A stretch of DNA of 64,000 bases from positions 64,001 to 128,000 of the forward strand of contig CAVRAO010000012.1 of the NCBI GenBank assembly GCA_963719035.1, read 5' to 3'. This document shows, in pieces, positions 10,782-19,837 of this stretch. Under the pieces are notes generated by a model. It searched no databases and was not told the origin of the DNA. It saw nothing but the letters and a program-made list of their open reading frames with translations. How positions within the stretch are numbered: position 1 is the stretch's first letter; each line of letters begins with the position of its first letter. Position numbers and translations under genes: made by a program. This stretch comes from Methanobacteriota archaeon (GTDB lineage: Archaea > Halobacteriota > Bog-38 > Methanoflorentales > Methanoflorentaceae).

Positions 10782-10805
10782 ATATATGTAAATATGTCTA
10801 TATAT
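10782..10805. promoter_or_regulatory. ArsR-like operator box in a divergent promoter region
   Basis: ATATATGTAAATATGTCTATATAT. Confidence 0.7.
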
Positions 10806-10918
10806 TAGTTCGGTATTGTAATGGCTGCTGAACGATATTGACCGTTGTGCTTGCAATCGGCTGATCTTTCACTCTTAAAGGCAACCGTAAGAGGATGCTT
10901 GTAGAAAAAAAACGGAGA

Positions 10919-11331
10919 AAGGAGAACGAAAATGACAGAAGAGAAGCAAATGATTGTTGATGAAATCCTCACGATGATGGAAAAGGGGTTGGGGGAGGAG
11001 CCGAAGCCCATGGCGCTGATGTCAAAGCTTATCCCTGAGTGGATTCCGAGACAAGCCCAGGAGAAGAAGTTCGTAATGGAGCAACTAAATCATATTCCAT
11101 CCAAATACAAACATCTCATCATGATTGCTGCTTCGGCGGCCGTCGGTTGTCATCTTTGTACCGAGACGTTCATCAAGATTGCCTGTCGCGCCGGCGTAAC
11201 CAAAGAGGAAATCGCGGAGGCAATCCTTGCAACCCGGTTCGCCCTGGCCTCCACCACTTTTGCTACGGCGGTTGAGGGAATGGAATTTTTAACCTCCAAG
11301 GAGTGAGGGAAATGGACGAATAACGACACTA
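10919..11331 (+). repeat. 413-bp direct repeat, copy 2
   Basis: Matches 5068-5480 with one mismatch. Confidence 0.95.
10932..11306 (+). CDS. CMD/AhpD-like protein, second copy
   Basis: Identical to 5081-5455 except one V-to-A change. Confidence 0.88.
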   Translation: MTEEKQMIVDEILTMMEKGLGEEPKPMALMSKLIPEWIPRQAQEKKFVMEQLNHIPSKYKHLIMIAASAAVGCHLCTETFIKIACRAGVTKEEIAEAILATRFALASTTFATAVEGMEFLTSKE

Positions 11332-11524
11332 CGGCTCTCACATTACCCAAACCTAACTTTACTCGGTCTTTATGTAGTGGTTGGCATACAAACAAAAGAG
11401 CTGCTAAATGTACACCGCAGCAAAATCTTGGCCTACCACGCAAACGCGGAGTAAACACCAAGTAAGTGCCACAAGGCATTTACATTTGATGTTGTTGGGG
11501 CTGTTTTCAACACGTGTTAGAAAA

Positions 11525-11944
11525 ATGAACAAGCAGACAATCCCGTTCCTGTGCACGCACAACGCCGCACGCTCGCAGATGGCTGAGGGGTTCGTCAACG
11601 CACGCTTTGAGGATCGATATATAGCGCGCAGCGCAGGAAGCGAACCGACTGGGGTGCACCCATGCGCCATCGAAGTAATGGCCGAGCTCGGCATCGACAT
11701 CTTGAGACAGCATGCCAAATCATTGAGCGAGTTTGATGATGCGCCATTTGACTATGTTGCTACCATGTATACTGACGCCGCGGCGAACTGCCCAATTTTT
11801 CCTGGCGGAGCAAATTACCTCCACCATCCCTTCGACGATCTAGAAGCAGGTGGCGGATCTGGCCTCGAGCAATGCGCGTCTTTCAGATACGTGCGCGACC
11901 GAATCGGAGAGTGGATCGAGGCCACATTTTCTGATGATCCGTGA
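11525..11944 (+). CDS. arsC: Thioredoxin-coupled arsenate reductase (LMW-PTP fold), possibly degenerate
   Basis: FLCTHNAARSQMAEG P-loop, SAGSEP, CPIFPG. Confidence 0.85.
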   Translation: MNKQTIPFLCTHNAARSQMAEGFVNARFEDRYIARSAGSEPTGVHPCAIEVMAELGIDILRQHAKSLSEFDDAPFDYVATMYTDAAANCPIFPGGANYLHHPFDDLEAGGGSGLEQCASFRYVRDRIGEWIEATFSDDP

Positions 11945-12081
11945 GCGTATAGCGATATCAGTCGAATACGATTTAACGCTAAAAGTCCAGAGCTAGTTTG
12001 ATGTGTCGTTTCAGTTACGAGTTTTTTCGTTACGAAGCGTGCGACTTGAACGACGCGAATCCACAAGTATATATAAAATCA

Positions 12082-12105
12082 ATATATGCAAATATGAATA
12101 TATAA
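12082..12105. promoter_or_regulatory. ArsR-like operator box
   Basis: ATATATGCAAATATGAATATATAA (9-4-9 inverted repeat, one mismatch). Confidence 0.7.
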
Positions 12106-12136
12106 ACCAGCGCGTAACGTGCGAGAGGGTTACAAC

Positions 12137-12394
12137 GTGGAAGTCAAGATTCTGGGAATGGGATGCGCAAGGTGCAACAGCCTTGAAAAGATGGTTCGCG
12201 ATGTGGTCGCCGAACAAGACATTGATGCCACAGTAAATAAGGTCACGCAACAGCGGGACATATTAGCATACCCTGTTTTGGCCGTTCCTGCTCTCGTCAT
12301 TAATGAAGAGGTCAAGGCGTTCGGTCGCCTGCCAAGCAAGAAAGAGATTGCCGATTGGCTTATTCAAGCACAGCAAACCCAAGTGAAACAATGA
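12137..12394 (+). CDS. MTH895-like redox-active disulfide protein 2
   Basis: ILGMGCARC...VPALVINE...GRLPS. Confidence 0.9.
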   Translation: MEVKILGMGCARCNSLEKMVRDVVAEQDIDATVNKVTQQRDILAYPVLAVPALVINEEVKAFGRLPSKKEIADWLIQAQQTQVKQ

Positions 12395-12810
12395 ATGATA
12401 GTTTAAAAACGTTAGTAGCTTTAGCTTTGCTGAGCGTGCTCATAATAAGTGTGAGCGGCTGCACTGCTGAGACCTCAGGAAACACGCTGAGCTTCGTAGG
12501 AGGCACGTCGCACCCCTCTGACATAACCACTCTCTTGAAAAAAGGCCCTGTCTTGCTGTACTTCGGCGGTAACTGCACAAGCTGTGCGGAGCAGAAAGTG
12601 ATCATTTCAAACCTCGAGAAACAGTACAACGGGACTGAAGTAACGATACTGCGGATTGACCCATTAAAGGATACAACGCGCAAAGACGTGAATTATGGCG
12701 TGACGACCATCCCGGAAACTATTGTGGTACGGAGTGATGGCGCAGTTGCGAAAAGCGTTGGATTGACCGATGAGCAGACCCTGAAAAACACGATTGAGGC
12801 GGCACGGTAA
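12391..12810 (+). CDS. Thioredoxin-family lipoprotein
   Basis: Lipobox VSGC, CTSC, YGVTTIP; ATGA overlap with the upstream gene. Confidence 0.85.
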   Translation: MNDSLKTLVALALLSVLIISVSGCTAETSGNTLSFVGGTSHPSDITTLLKKGPVLLYFGGNCTSCAEQKVIISNLEKQYNGTEVTILRIDPLKDTTRKDVNYGVTTIPETIVVRSDGAVAKSVGLTDEQTLKNTIEAAR

Positions 12811-13466
12811 TGGAGATAAACCCTTTAATCGCTTTTGGAGCGGGACTTGTAAGCGTCTTCTCCCCATGCGTACTTATCGTTCTTCCAGCAGTCATGGCAT
12901 CATCGATAGACCGTGGGAGGTGGCGACCGCTCGCAATCGTACTGGGGCTTAGTATGTCGTTCACCGCTATGGGGTTGTTAGCGTCCGCATTCGGCTCAGC
13001 CTTTCAGAGCGTTAAAGGTTATCTGGACGTAATTGCCATCATCATCGTGATGTTCATTGGCGTGTGGATGTTGTTCAACTTGCACCTACCATATAACACT
13101 CCACGACTGGGGTTCGTCGATGCTGTCTCGAAACGATCGACTAAACTCTCGGGTGAAGGAATCGTCAGCGGTTTGTTGCTCGGGATGTCGCTTGGGATCG
13201 TCTGGTTACCGTGCACTGGTGCAGTGTTAGGCGCGATACTTACGTGGGTCGCAGCACGTGGTAATGTGCTCACAGGCGGGCTTCTTCTTCTGGTATACTC
13301 GCTCGGATTCGCTGTCCCGATGCTAGCCGTTGCGTATTCGACGAAGGTGTCATCAACTCTCGTTGCCAAGACTGCAAATACTATTTGGATAAAACGAGCT
13401 GCAGGATTGGTGCTTCTTATCGTTGGCGTCTACCTGATAAACCAGCGTTTTTTTCTGTTAGGCTGA
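12810..13466 (+). CDS. ccdA: CcdA/DsbD-family transmembrane electron transporter
   Basis: FSPCVL and WLPCTG motifs, about 6 TM helices. Confidence 0.92.
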   Translation: MEINPLIAFGAGLVSVFSPCVLIVLPAVMASSIDRGRWRPLAIVLGLSMSFTAMGLLASAFGSAFQSVKGYLDVIAIIIVMFIGVWMLFNLHLPYNTPRLGFVDAVSKRSTKLSGEGIVSGLLLGMSLGIVWLPCTGAVLGAILTWVAARGNVLTGGLLLLVYSLGFAVPMLAVAYSTKVSSTLVAKTANTIWIKRAAGLVLLIVGVYLINQRFFLLG

Positions 13467-13530
13467 GAAGGCTTGCTCGTCATACTGACGCAAGACGTAG
13501 TGGCACATTTTCTGGAGGTACAGAGTCAGC

Positions 13531-14379
13531 GTGAACGCTTATGACGCCTCCTACTATCCGAAAGATCAAGGAGAGCAATACAAGAGACAAGCTTTTCAAG
13601 CTGATCTCCTCAAGCTAACCGTCGCTGTCGTTGCAGAGTTGGTTATTTTTCTCCTCTGGTTTGATGGACCGGTGAGAGAGCGCTATGAAATCCTCGTCCA
13701 CATAGCGCTGCCCATATGCATCGTCCTGCCGATCTTAAATTATCGTTACCTGATCGTGGTGCCGTTCATAGCCTTCTTGCCCGACATGGCGCGAGTGTTT
13801 GATGTCGATATCTCACATTCCCTCGTTATTTTACCGCTCGTCTTCGTAGCAGCCTTCGTGCCTTTTGTGCGTCGCCCGAAGACTGCACTGATCGCAGGTT
13901 ATGCAGCCTTCGCTATCTGGGCAAGCCATCTTATTGTTGATGCACGTAAGTATGCGATTATTGAAAATTTTAGTGGCTATCCGTGGAGCGATCTAGTGTT
14001 TTATACACTCCTTTTAACCGTACTAGGCTTTTTGCTTGTGCAGGTCTTGCGTTTCGGCGATGCCCGTTTCAAGGGGGACGGCTACGGACCTAGAGACAGC
14101 AGTTTAAGCAATCGGACTCCGCTAAGCAGTCAGCCTCCGACAGATGTTCATCGCTTGGACGATACTATGTCGAGCGCTATCTCAAGGCCGCGGTTATCTA
14201 GAACGATAGAAGTGACTGCACCTGAAGGGACCTCTGAAAGATCCAGAGGTAATAAGGCGAGGGATCCTTCGAGTTCATCTGATCATAAGCTGCAATTCGA
14301 TTATGACGGGTTTGTTGTCGGGGATGTGACCTCAAAAAAGGCGCTGAGGAGCAAGATAAGGGGTAAGAAAGGCTCATAG
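13531..14379 (+). CDS. Membrane protein, YdjM-like metal-dependent hydrolase
   Basis: FLPD...SHSL...ASHLIVD motifs among TM helices. Confidence 0.55.
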   Translation: MNAYDASYYPKDQGEQYKRQAFQADLLKLTVAVVAELVIFLLWFDGPVRERYEILVHIALPICIVLPILNYRYLIVVPFIAFLPDMARVFDVDISHSLVILPLVFVAAFVPFVRRPKTALIAGYAAFAIWASHLIVDARKYAIIENFSGYPWSDLVFYTLLLTVLGFLLVQVLRFGDARFKGDGYGPRDSSLSNRTPLSSQPPTDVHRLDDTMSSAISRPRLSRTIEVTAPEGTSERSRGNKARDPSSSSDHKLQFDYDGFVVGDVTSKKALRSKIRGKKGS

Positions 14380-14424
14380 ATGCTCTTTGTCGCGCAATCG
14401 CTTTTGATGCGCTACAAAATACAT

Positions 14425-14615
14425 GAAGCTAAGCGAAATATCAACGGCATCCAGCGTCAGAAGCCCCGTGAGCATTCTGATCGTTGTCGTTTTTCCGGCG
14501 CCGTTTGGACCGAGAAACCCGAAAAGATCAGAATCAGGAATGCTAGCTGTTATCGACGGTGTGATGGTGCCGAATCGTTTTTTAAATCCTTAACGCGATT
14601 ACTGCGTTATTTTCA
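14425..14615 (-). pseudogene. Remnant of an ABC transporter ATPase N-terminus
   Basis: Minus strand encodes FGFLGPNGAGKTTTIRMLTGLL (Walker A), preceded by degraded VKDL.KRFG...VDN. Confidence 0.75.
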
Positions 14616-14688
14616 AGTTTAATTTCTTATCACGATTTTAAAGGCGCGTCGAGTTGAACAAAGCAAATCCACAGCTATATATCTATCA

Positions 14689-14712
14689 ATATATGCAAAT
14701 ATCTATATATGA
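14689..14712. promoter_or_regulatory. ArsR-like operator box overlapping the start of a lipoprotein gene
   Basis: ATATATGCAAATATCTATATATGA. Confidence 0.7.
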
Positions 14713-15332
14713 TGGATAATCGCAATCTTATCACCGCGCTAGCGGTTGTGGCGCTGTTAACAGTAGCAGCGACGACAGCGGGTTGTGCCACTAATACTAA
14801 TCCTGCACCAACTCCGATCCCTGCGACGCAGACGACGGTTGGGAACAATACGACGTTTTCGAGCGGTGCGGGTTTCAACATCACATACAACAAAGCTCTG
14901 AAGTTAGACTCGTCGACAAATGCTTCAGCTCCCGTCAGAATGTACATCTATCTGAGCCCAAATGAAACAGTTGATGGTGTTTTGGTCGCCACAAAAAGTC
15001 TTACGGCCGGTCAAACACTAAGCGACTTCGTAGATAGCGACGTAAAGGAGCTTAAGAACTACAGCAGTACAGGGTTTTACAAGAACTTTACCATTCTCAA
15101 CGAGACCAATTCCACAATTAGTGGAAAGCCTGCGCACACTATCGTTTGGTCTGGAATTATCCCCATTCAGTATAGCAAGACTCTGGTGACTAATAAATCG
15201 GTTAAAGTGATGCAAACTTTCGTCGTTAATAACAATATGGGCTACGTTATGACGTACAAAGCTATTTCCAGCGACTTCGACACGTATCTTGCGCAAGCAC
15301 AGCGAATAATGAACTCGTTTGCGCTGACTTAA
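14709..15332 (+). CDS. PsbP/Mog1-like lipoprotein
   Basis: Lipobox TAGC; TISGKPAH...GYVMTY...DFDTYL...IMNSF. Confidence 0.7.
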   Translation: MMDNRNLITALAVVALLTVAATTAGCATNTNPAPTPIPATQTTVGNNTTFSSGAGFNITYNKALKLDSSTNASAPVRMYIYLSPNETVDGVLVATKSLTAGQTLSDFVDSDVKELKNYSSTGFYKNFTILNETNSTISGKPAHTIVWSGIIPIQYSKTLVTNKSVKVMQTFVVNNNMGYVMTYKAISSDFDTYLAQAQRIMNSFALT

Positions 15333-15354
15333 AGAACTCCTATTTAACCGGGTA

Positions 15355-15546
15355 GCGAGCAACAATTTCGAGCTCGCTATTGCGGTCGCCATAGCGGTCT
15401 TTGGCATCGGTTCGGGGCAGGCGTTCGCTGCTGTGATAGGGCCGCTCATTGAAGTCCCTGTTCTCATAAGCTTGGTGAACGTAGCGCTCTGGTTTTCTGC
15501 CACTCGTTTTCTTCCAACGGGAGAATCGACGAGCACTCAGGTATGA
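15355..15546 (+). pseudogene. 3' remnant of a second acr3 paralog
   Basis: [49 protein letters not shown]; no 5' part. Confidence 0.85.
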
Positions 15547-15695
15547 ACACACAAACGTGCCACGTCGGTGGGGCAACATAGCGCCCGTGGAACGAGTCGA
15601 CGTCGTTTAAACGGGTAAAGCATATTAAAGCGCGAAGTGAACTCTATGGTACTCTTTAATAACAAGAAAAACACGGCAGAAAGGAGGAGACGACG

Positions 15696-16286
15696 ATGGT
15701 AGAGAGCCCCTCATACAACGTTGAAATAAAGGAAGATAGTTTTGAGATTAGAGCGTACTCGTCATATATCATAGCTCAAGTTGACGTGGAATCAGATTTT
15801 GATGGCGCGCTCAGGAACGGATTTGAGATTCTTGCGCATTACATTTTTGGAGGAAACAGGAAGAAGGAATCGATCCCTATGACGGCGCCCGTGTCCGAGG
15901 AAAAGGTGTCAGGCTCCGAGGAAATCCCGATGATGGCCCCGGTGACGTCAGAAAAGATAGCGATGACTGCGCCAGTAACCGAAGAACAGGCGGGAGAACG
16001 TGCCTACCGAATCTCCTTCGCCATGCCATCGAAATTCACGCTCGAGTCGCTCCCGGAGCCGCAAGATCCGCGGATCAGGTTTAAGGTGGTCGAGGGCCGG
16101 AGAACGGCCGCGATAAGATTCTCGGGCCGTGTGCACGACAAACTCGCGAGCCAGAAGACCGAGGAACTTAGGGCGTGGCTCTCAAGGAACGGCATTGTAC
16201 CGAAATCAAACTTTGTTATCGCTTTATACAACCCGCCGTTCATACCTGGCATCTTTAGAAGAAACGAGATTATTGTGGATATTTAA
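15696..16286 (+). CDS. SOUL-family heme-binding protein
   Basis: FEIRAY, GF..LA.YIFGGN, repeated IPMTAPV, YNPPF...RRNEI. Confidence 0.92.
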   Translation: MVESPSYNVEIKEDSFEIRAYSSYIIAQVDVESDFDGALRNGFEILAHYIFGGNRKKESIPMTAPVSEEKVSGSEEIPMMAPVTSEKIAMTAPVTEEQAGERAYRISFAMPSKFTLESLPEPQDPRIRFKVVEGRRTAAIRFSGRVHDKLASQKTEELRAWLSRNGIVPKSNFVIALYNPPFIPGIFRRNEIIVDI

Positions 16287-16588
16287 AAGCGACAGGACAC
16301 CCATATACGTAACTCAGGGAAGGAAACCTTCTTTCTTTTTTCTTAAAGTAGCTCCGTTGCACTCGCGCATCAGCGGGGCCTAGGCGGCTCAGCGCATATA
16401 TCATACCGGATTCGATCGCTTGAGGGATAAACCCTAAACGAACTGCATCGCGTATCGAGGACCTTGGATGGCTGCCGATGATGCACTTGCTTTTTTAATG
16501 AAATCGCTGTTTGCTCTGTTATTCTAGTGCGTAAGTTCAAATAAAAGGAAGAGAAGGTTAGATTGACCTAAAAAAGGGTGATTGAAAA

Positions 16589-17002
16589 ATGAAAAATATT
16601 GTAGAAACCGCGATTGACGCTGAGAACTTTACGACGCTAGTCAAAGCAGTACAAGCTGCGGGTCTTGTCGATACGCTGAGCGGGCCGGGTCCATTCACGG
16701 TCTTTGCGCCGACTGATGCAGCATTTTCAAAGCTGCCTTCAGGAGTGTTAGACAGCGTATTAAAAGACAAAGAAGAGCTTACTAAGATACTCACGTACCA
16801 CGTGGCATCAGGGAAGTATACTGCAAGCGCTGCGAAAAAGATGAAATCAATACCGACGGTTCAAGGCCAGTCGCTCAAAGTGGAAGTTCATCACTTATTT
16901 CACAGAGGCGTTAAGATAAATGACGCTGAAGTGATACACCCTGATATAGAATGCACTAACGGGTTGATCCACGTTATTGATTCTGTGCTGATGCCAAAGT
17001 GA
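16589..17002 (+). CDS. Fasciclin (FAS1) domain protein
   Basis: [30 protein letters not shown]. Confidence 0.95.
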   Translation: MKNIVETAIDAENFTTLVKAVQAAGLVDTLSGPGPFTVFAPTDAAFSKLPSGVLDSVLKDKEELTKILTYHVASGKYTASAAKKMKSIPTVQGQSLKVEVHHLFHRGVKINDAEVIHPDIECTNGLIHVIDSVLMPK

Positions 17003-17062
17003 CGTTATTTTCATCTGTGGTAGAAGCTGCCGAAATTTGAAGCGCATTAGATAGTTGATTTC

Positions 17063-17098
17063 AGGAGGGTCGTTGTTAACAACCCTCCTACTTTTTTT
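17063..17098 (+). terminator. Hairpin plus oligo-T terminator
   Basis: AGGAGGGT...ACCCTCCT stem followed by T7, between convergent genes. Confidence 0.6.
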
Positions 17099-17208
17099 GC
17101 TACAAACTCGATGGTCCAAGTAGGCATGAGCTACTGGAGCGCTATCGCCTTGGATCTAAGGGCCTTCTAAGCCAATAGCGTCACTTCGCTGGTAACAAAA
17201 TGCCGGCC

Positions 17209-18609
17209 CTAGTACAAAAGGCTCAAGTTTTCCTTGCCCTTTGCGCGTTCTATCTCCTTAGCCTTCGACAGTTCAAGGCTGTGGTACGCCTCCATGACGT
17301 CGCTGTAGAGCAGCTCTACCATGTCTCTACTGAAGTTCTCTTTGACCACCATACGCATCACGGCGACGTCCTGCGCATTCTCGGGAAGGTAGTAAGCGGG
17401 CACAATCCAGCCTTTTTGCCTGAGCTTATCAGATAGCTGGAAGACGGTGAAAGGAGCGTCCTTCAGACGAACTGCGACGAGCGGCAGGGTTCTTTGTTTG
17501 TTGATAAGCTCAAACTTGCCCGTGTCGTTCAGCTTTTCGGCAAGATAGCGGCTGTTTTCCATCATGTTCGTCATGATGTCAGCGTAGCCGCTCTTTCCAA
17601 GCCGTATGAAGTTATAGTATTGCGCGATTATGGTGCTGCTACTCTTCGAGAAGTTGAGAGAGTAGTTTGTCATCTCCCCTCCGAGATAGTTTATGCGGAA
17701 TACCAACTCGTCTGGAAGGTTGTGTTTATCCTTCATCACGAGCCATCCGATTCCGGGGTAGACCAAGCCATACTTATGGCCTGATGCGTTGATTGATTTC
17801 ACCTGTTCGAGCCTGAAGTCCCATTCGAGATCAGGACGGACAAACGGTGCGACAAAGCCCCCACTCGCCCCATCCACGTGGAGGGGTATGTCCCAGCCTT
17901 TGGCCTTCTTGATGTCAAGGAGAAGATCGTTGATCTCTTTGATCGGATCCATCTGTCCGGTAAAGGTGGTACCGAGGACGGCACCGACGCAAATAGTGTT
18001 CTCATCAACTTCCTTAGCGACTTCATCTGCACTGATGATGTAGGTGTCCTCTTGGAGCGGGATAAGCCGTAGTTCGACGTCGAAGTAGCGGGCGAATTTC
18101 TCCCATACCGTGTGGACGTCCGCCCCCATGACGATATTGGGATTATCCCACGATTTTCCCTCGGCTTGTCGGCGCTTTCTCCAGGTCCATTTGTGCGCCA
18201 ACAAGGCGAGCATAATGGCCTCTGATGATCCAATCGTGGCCGTTCCAATGGATTCGCAGCCCTCTGGAGCGTTCCACAGACGGGCGAGCATGTTCACCAC
18301 TCGTTCCTGAATAATTGTGGTTTGAGGATACTCATCATTATCAACGAAGTTCTTGTCCAGGCTTTCCGCGATGAGCTGGTTCGCTTCCGGCTCCATCCAC
18401 GTGGTGACAAAGCTCGCAAGGTTTAAAGCGGGATTGCCATCGAGGTTCAGCTCATCGTGAATGAGCTGATAGGCAGCGCTTGCAGGCATGCCTTCTTCAG
18501 GCATGGCGTATTTCGGCACTGGCTGGTCGAAATAGCGACGGCCGTACGTCGTGGTATGGTCTGTCTCCGACTCTTTCTTCGTGCTCAAATCTACTTTTTT
18601 TGATAACAT
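17209..18609 (-). CDS. gadB: Glutamate decarboxylase 1
   Basis: [38 protein letters not shown] (PLP Lys); start MLSKK. Confidence 0.95.
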   Translation of the reverse strand: MLSKKVDLSTKKESETDHTTTYGRRYFDQPVPKYAMPEEGMPASAAYQLIHDELNLDGNPALNLASFVTTWMEPEANQLIAESLDKNFVDNDEYPQTTIIQERVVNMLARLWNAPEGCESIGTATIGSSEAIMLALLAHKWTWRKRRQAEGKSWDNPNIVMGADVHTVWEKFARYFDVELRLIPLQEDTYIISADEVAKEVDENTICVGAVLGTTFTGQMDPIKEINDLLLDIKKAKGWDIPLHVDGASGGFVAPFVRPDLEWDFRLEQVKSINASGHKYGLVYPGIGWLVMKDKHNLPDELVFRINYLGGEMTNYSLNFSKSSSTIIAQYYNFIRLGKSGYADIMTNMMENSRYLAEKLNDTGKFELINKQRTLPLVAVRLKDAPFTVFQLSDKLRQKGWIVPAYYLPENAQDVAVMRMVVKENFSRDMVELLYSDVMEAYHSLELSKAKEIERAKGKENLSLLY

Positions 18610-18907
18610 GAAAATCGCCTTTTTGCAATACAACGCCTAGTTTTCGAGGAGTAATCTCCTTTCAGTTTCAGTCGAGCATTCTTGAGCCAGTGGTATTCAG
18701 TTTCGAACTCAGCTCGAGCGTCACGACCGTTTCGGACACGAAGTATGAACCGTTAAGCTTATTAAGATTTTTTAACGTGTTTGCAGCGTCATTGCTCTGG
18801 TACTCGTAACAGCAAACTGGCCGCAGATACTGACGGAAAAAACGCGCGGTGACGCTATTTGATGCACGACAAGGTCTCGGCCTCGACCTTGCTGCCGGAA
18901 GGTCTAT

Positions 18908-19708
18908 ATGCCCGTCGACGGAATGGGAGCGTCTATGGCAAGTGAGATCGTCGAGGAGTCGGACCGCGTCCGCGTCGCGCTGACGTCGCGCGTGCGCCGC
19001 AAGCGGTACTCGCACCTCAACGTCGGTCGTGGCTCAACGTGGTGGGCGCCACGCGCGATTGGCTGGTGGATCGGCATCCTCTTTGCAGTGGGCGCAACCT
19101 GCTTCGCACTTGGTGCGTTGCCTGGATACCTCACTGCTGTTGGTGGGGCGGCCGACGCCGTTACCTTTTTTGTTGGTTCTCTGTGGTTTACGAGCGCAGC
19201 TTTCTTACAATACTTGGAGGTGGTAAACGTCGACCAAGATCCTCCAAGAGCCGACTATCAACAGAAATTCCGTTTCCTTACATTTGAGCCCCGACGAATT
19301 GACTGGTGGTCGACGCTCGTGCAGTTCGTCGGCACGCTTTTTTTCAACGCAACTACGTTCTTCGCCTTGAGTGCAAACCTCTCAGTCAGTCAAGTTAACC
19401 GTCTCGTTTGGGCGCCCGACGCGCTTGGTTCTGTATGCTTTCTCGTGGCGAGCGGGCTCGCGTGGTTTGAAGTATGTCACGCTGTAGCCTGCTGGCGGTT
19501 ACACAGCCTGTCCTGGCGGATCACGTCTCTCAACTTGGTCGGTTCTGTGGCCTTCGGCGTCTCGGCGGTTGCGTCATTTGTTGTGCCGACGACGGGCCTC
19601 CCGCGAAACATAATGCTTGTGAACTTAGGTACATTTGTGGGTGCGCTATGCTTTTTCGTAGGAGCGGTGCTGCTGCTGCCTGAGCGTACCCAACCCGATT
19701 CTGATTGA
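18908..19708 (+). CDS. YrhK-like membrane protein
   Basis: Repeated xGSxxF helices (FFVGSLWF, LGSVCFL, NLVGSVAFG). Confidence 0.65.
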   Translation: MPVDGMGASMASEIVEESDRVRVALTSRVRRKRYSHLNVGRGSTWWAPRAIGWWIGILFAVGATCFALGALPGYLTAVGGAADAVTFFVGSLWFTSAAFLQYLEVVNVDQDPPRADYQQKFRFLTFEPRRIDWWSTLVQFVGTLFFNATTFFALSANLSVSQVNRLVWAPDALGSVCFLVASGLAWFEVCHAVACWRLHSLSWRITSLNLVGSVAFGVSAVASFVVPTTGLPRNIMLVNLGTFVGALCFFVGAVLLLPERTQPDSD

Positions 19709-19837
19709 AAACAGCGCTAGTCGCTGAGCGCTTGAGTACTTACGCTGCTGGCATGCTGTTTCACCCAAAAAATGGTTTGTTTGAAACGCGGCATTAGCAG
19801 TCGGAGAACAGCCGCAGGTCATGGGTGCTGCGTCGCG

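Noticed and set aside
14380-14622. 80-aa plus-strand ORF
   Set aside because: Antisense to the ABC ATPase remnant
15880-15985. Triple MTAPV repeat in the SOUL protein
   Set aside because: Common feature of this family
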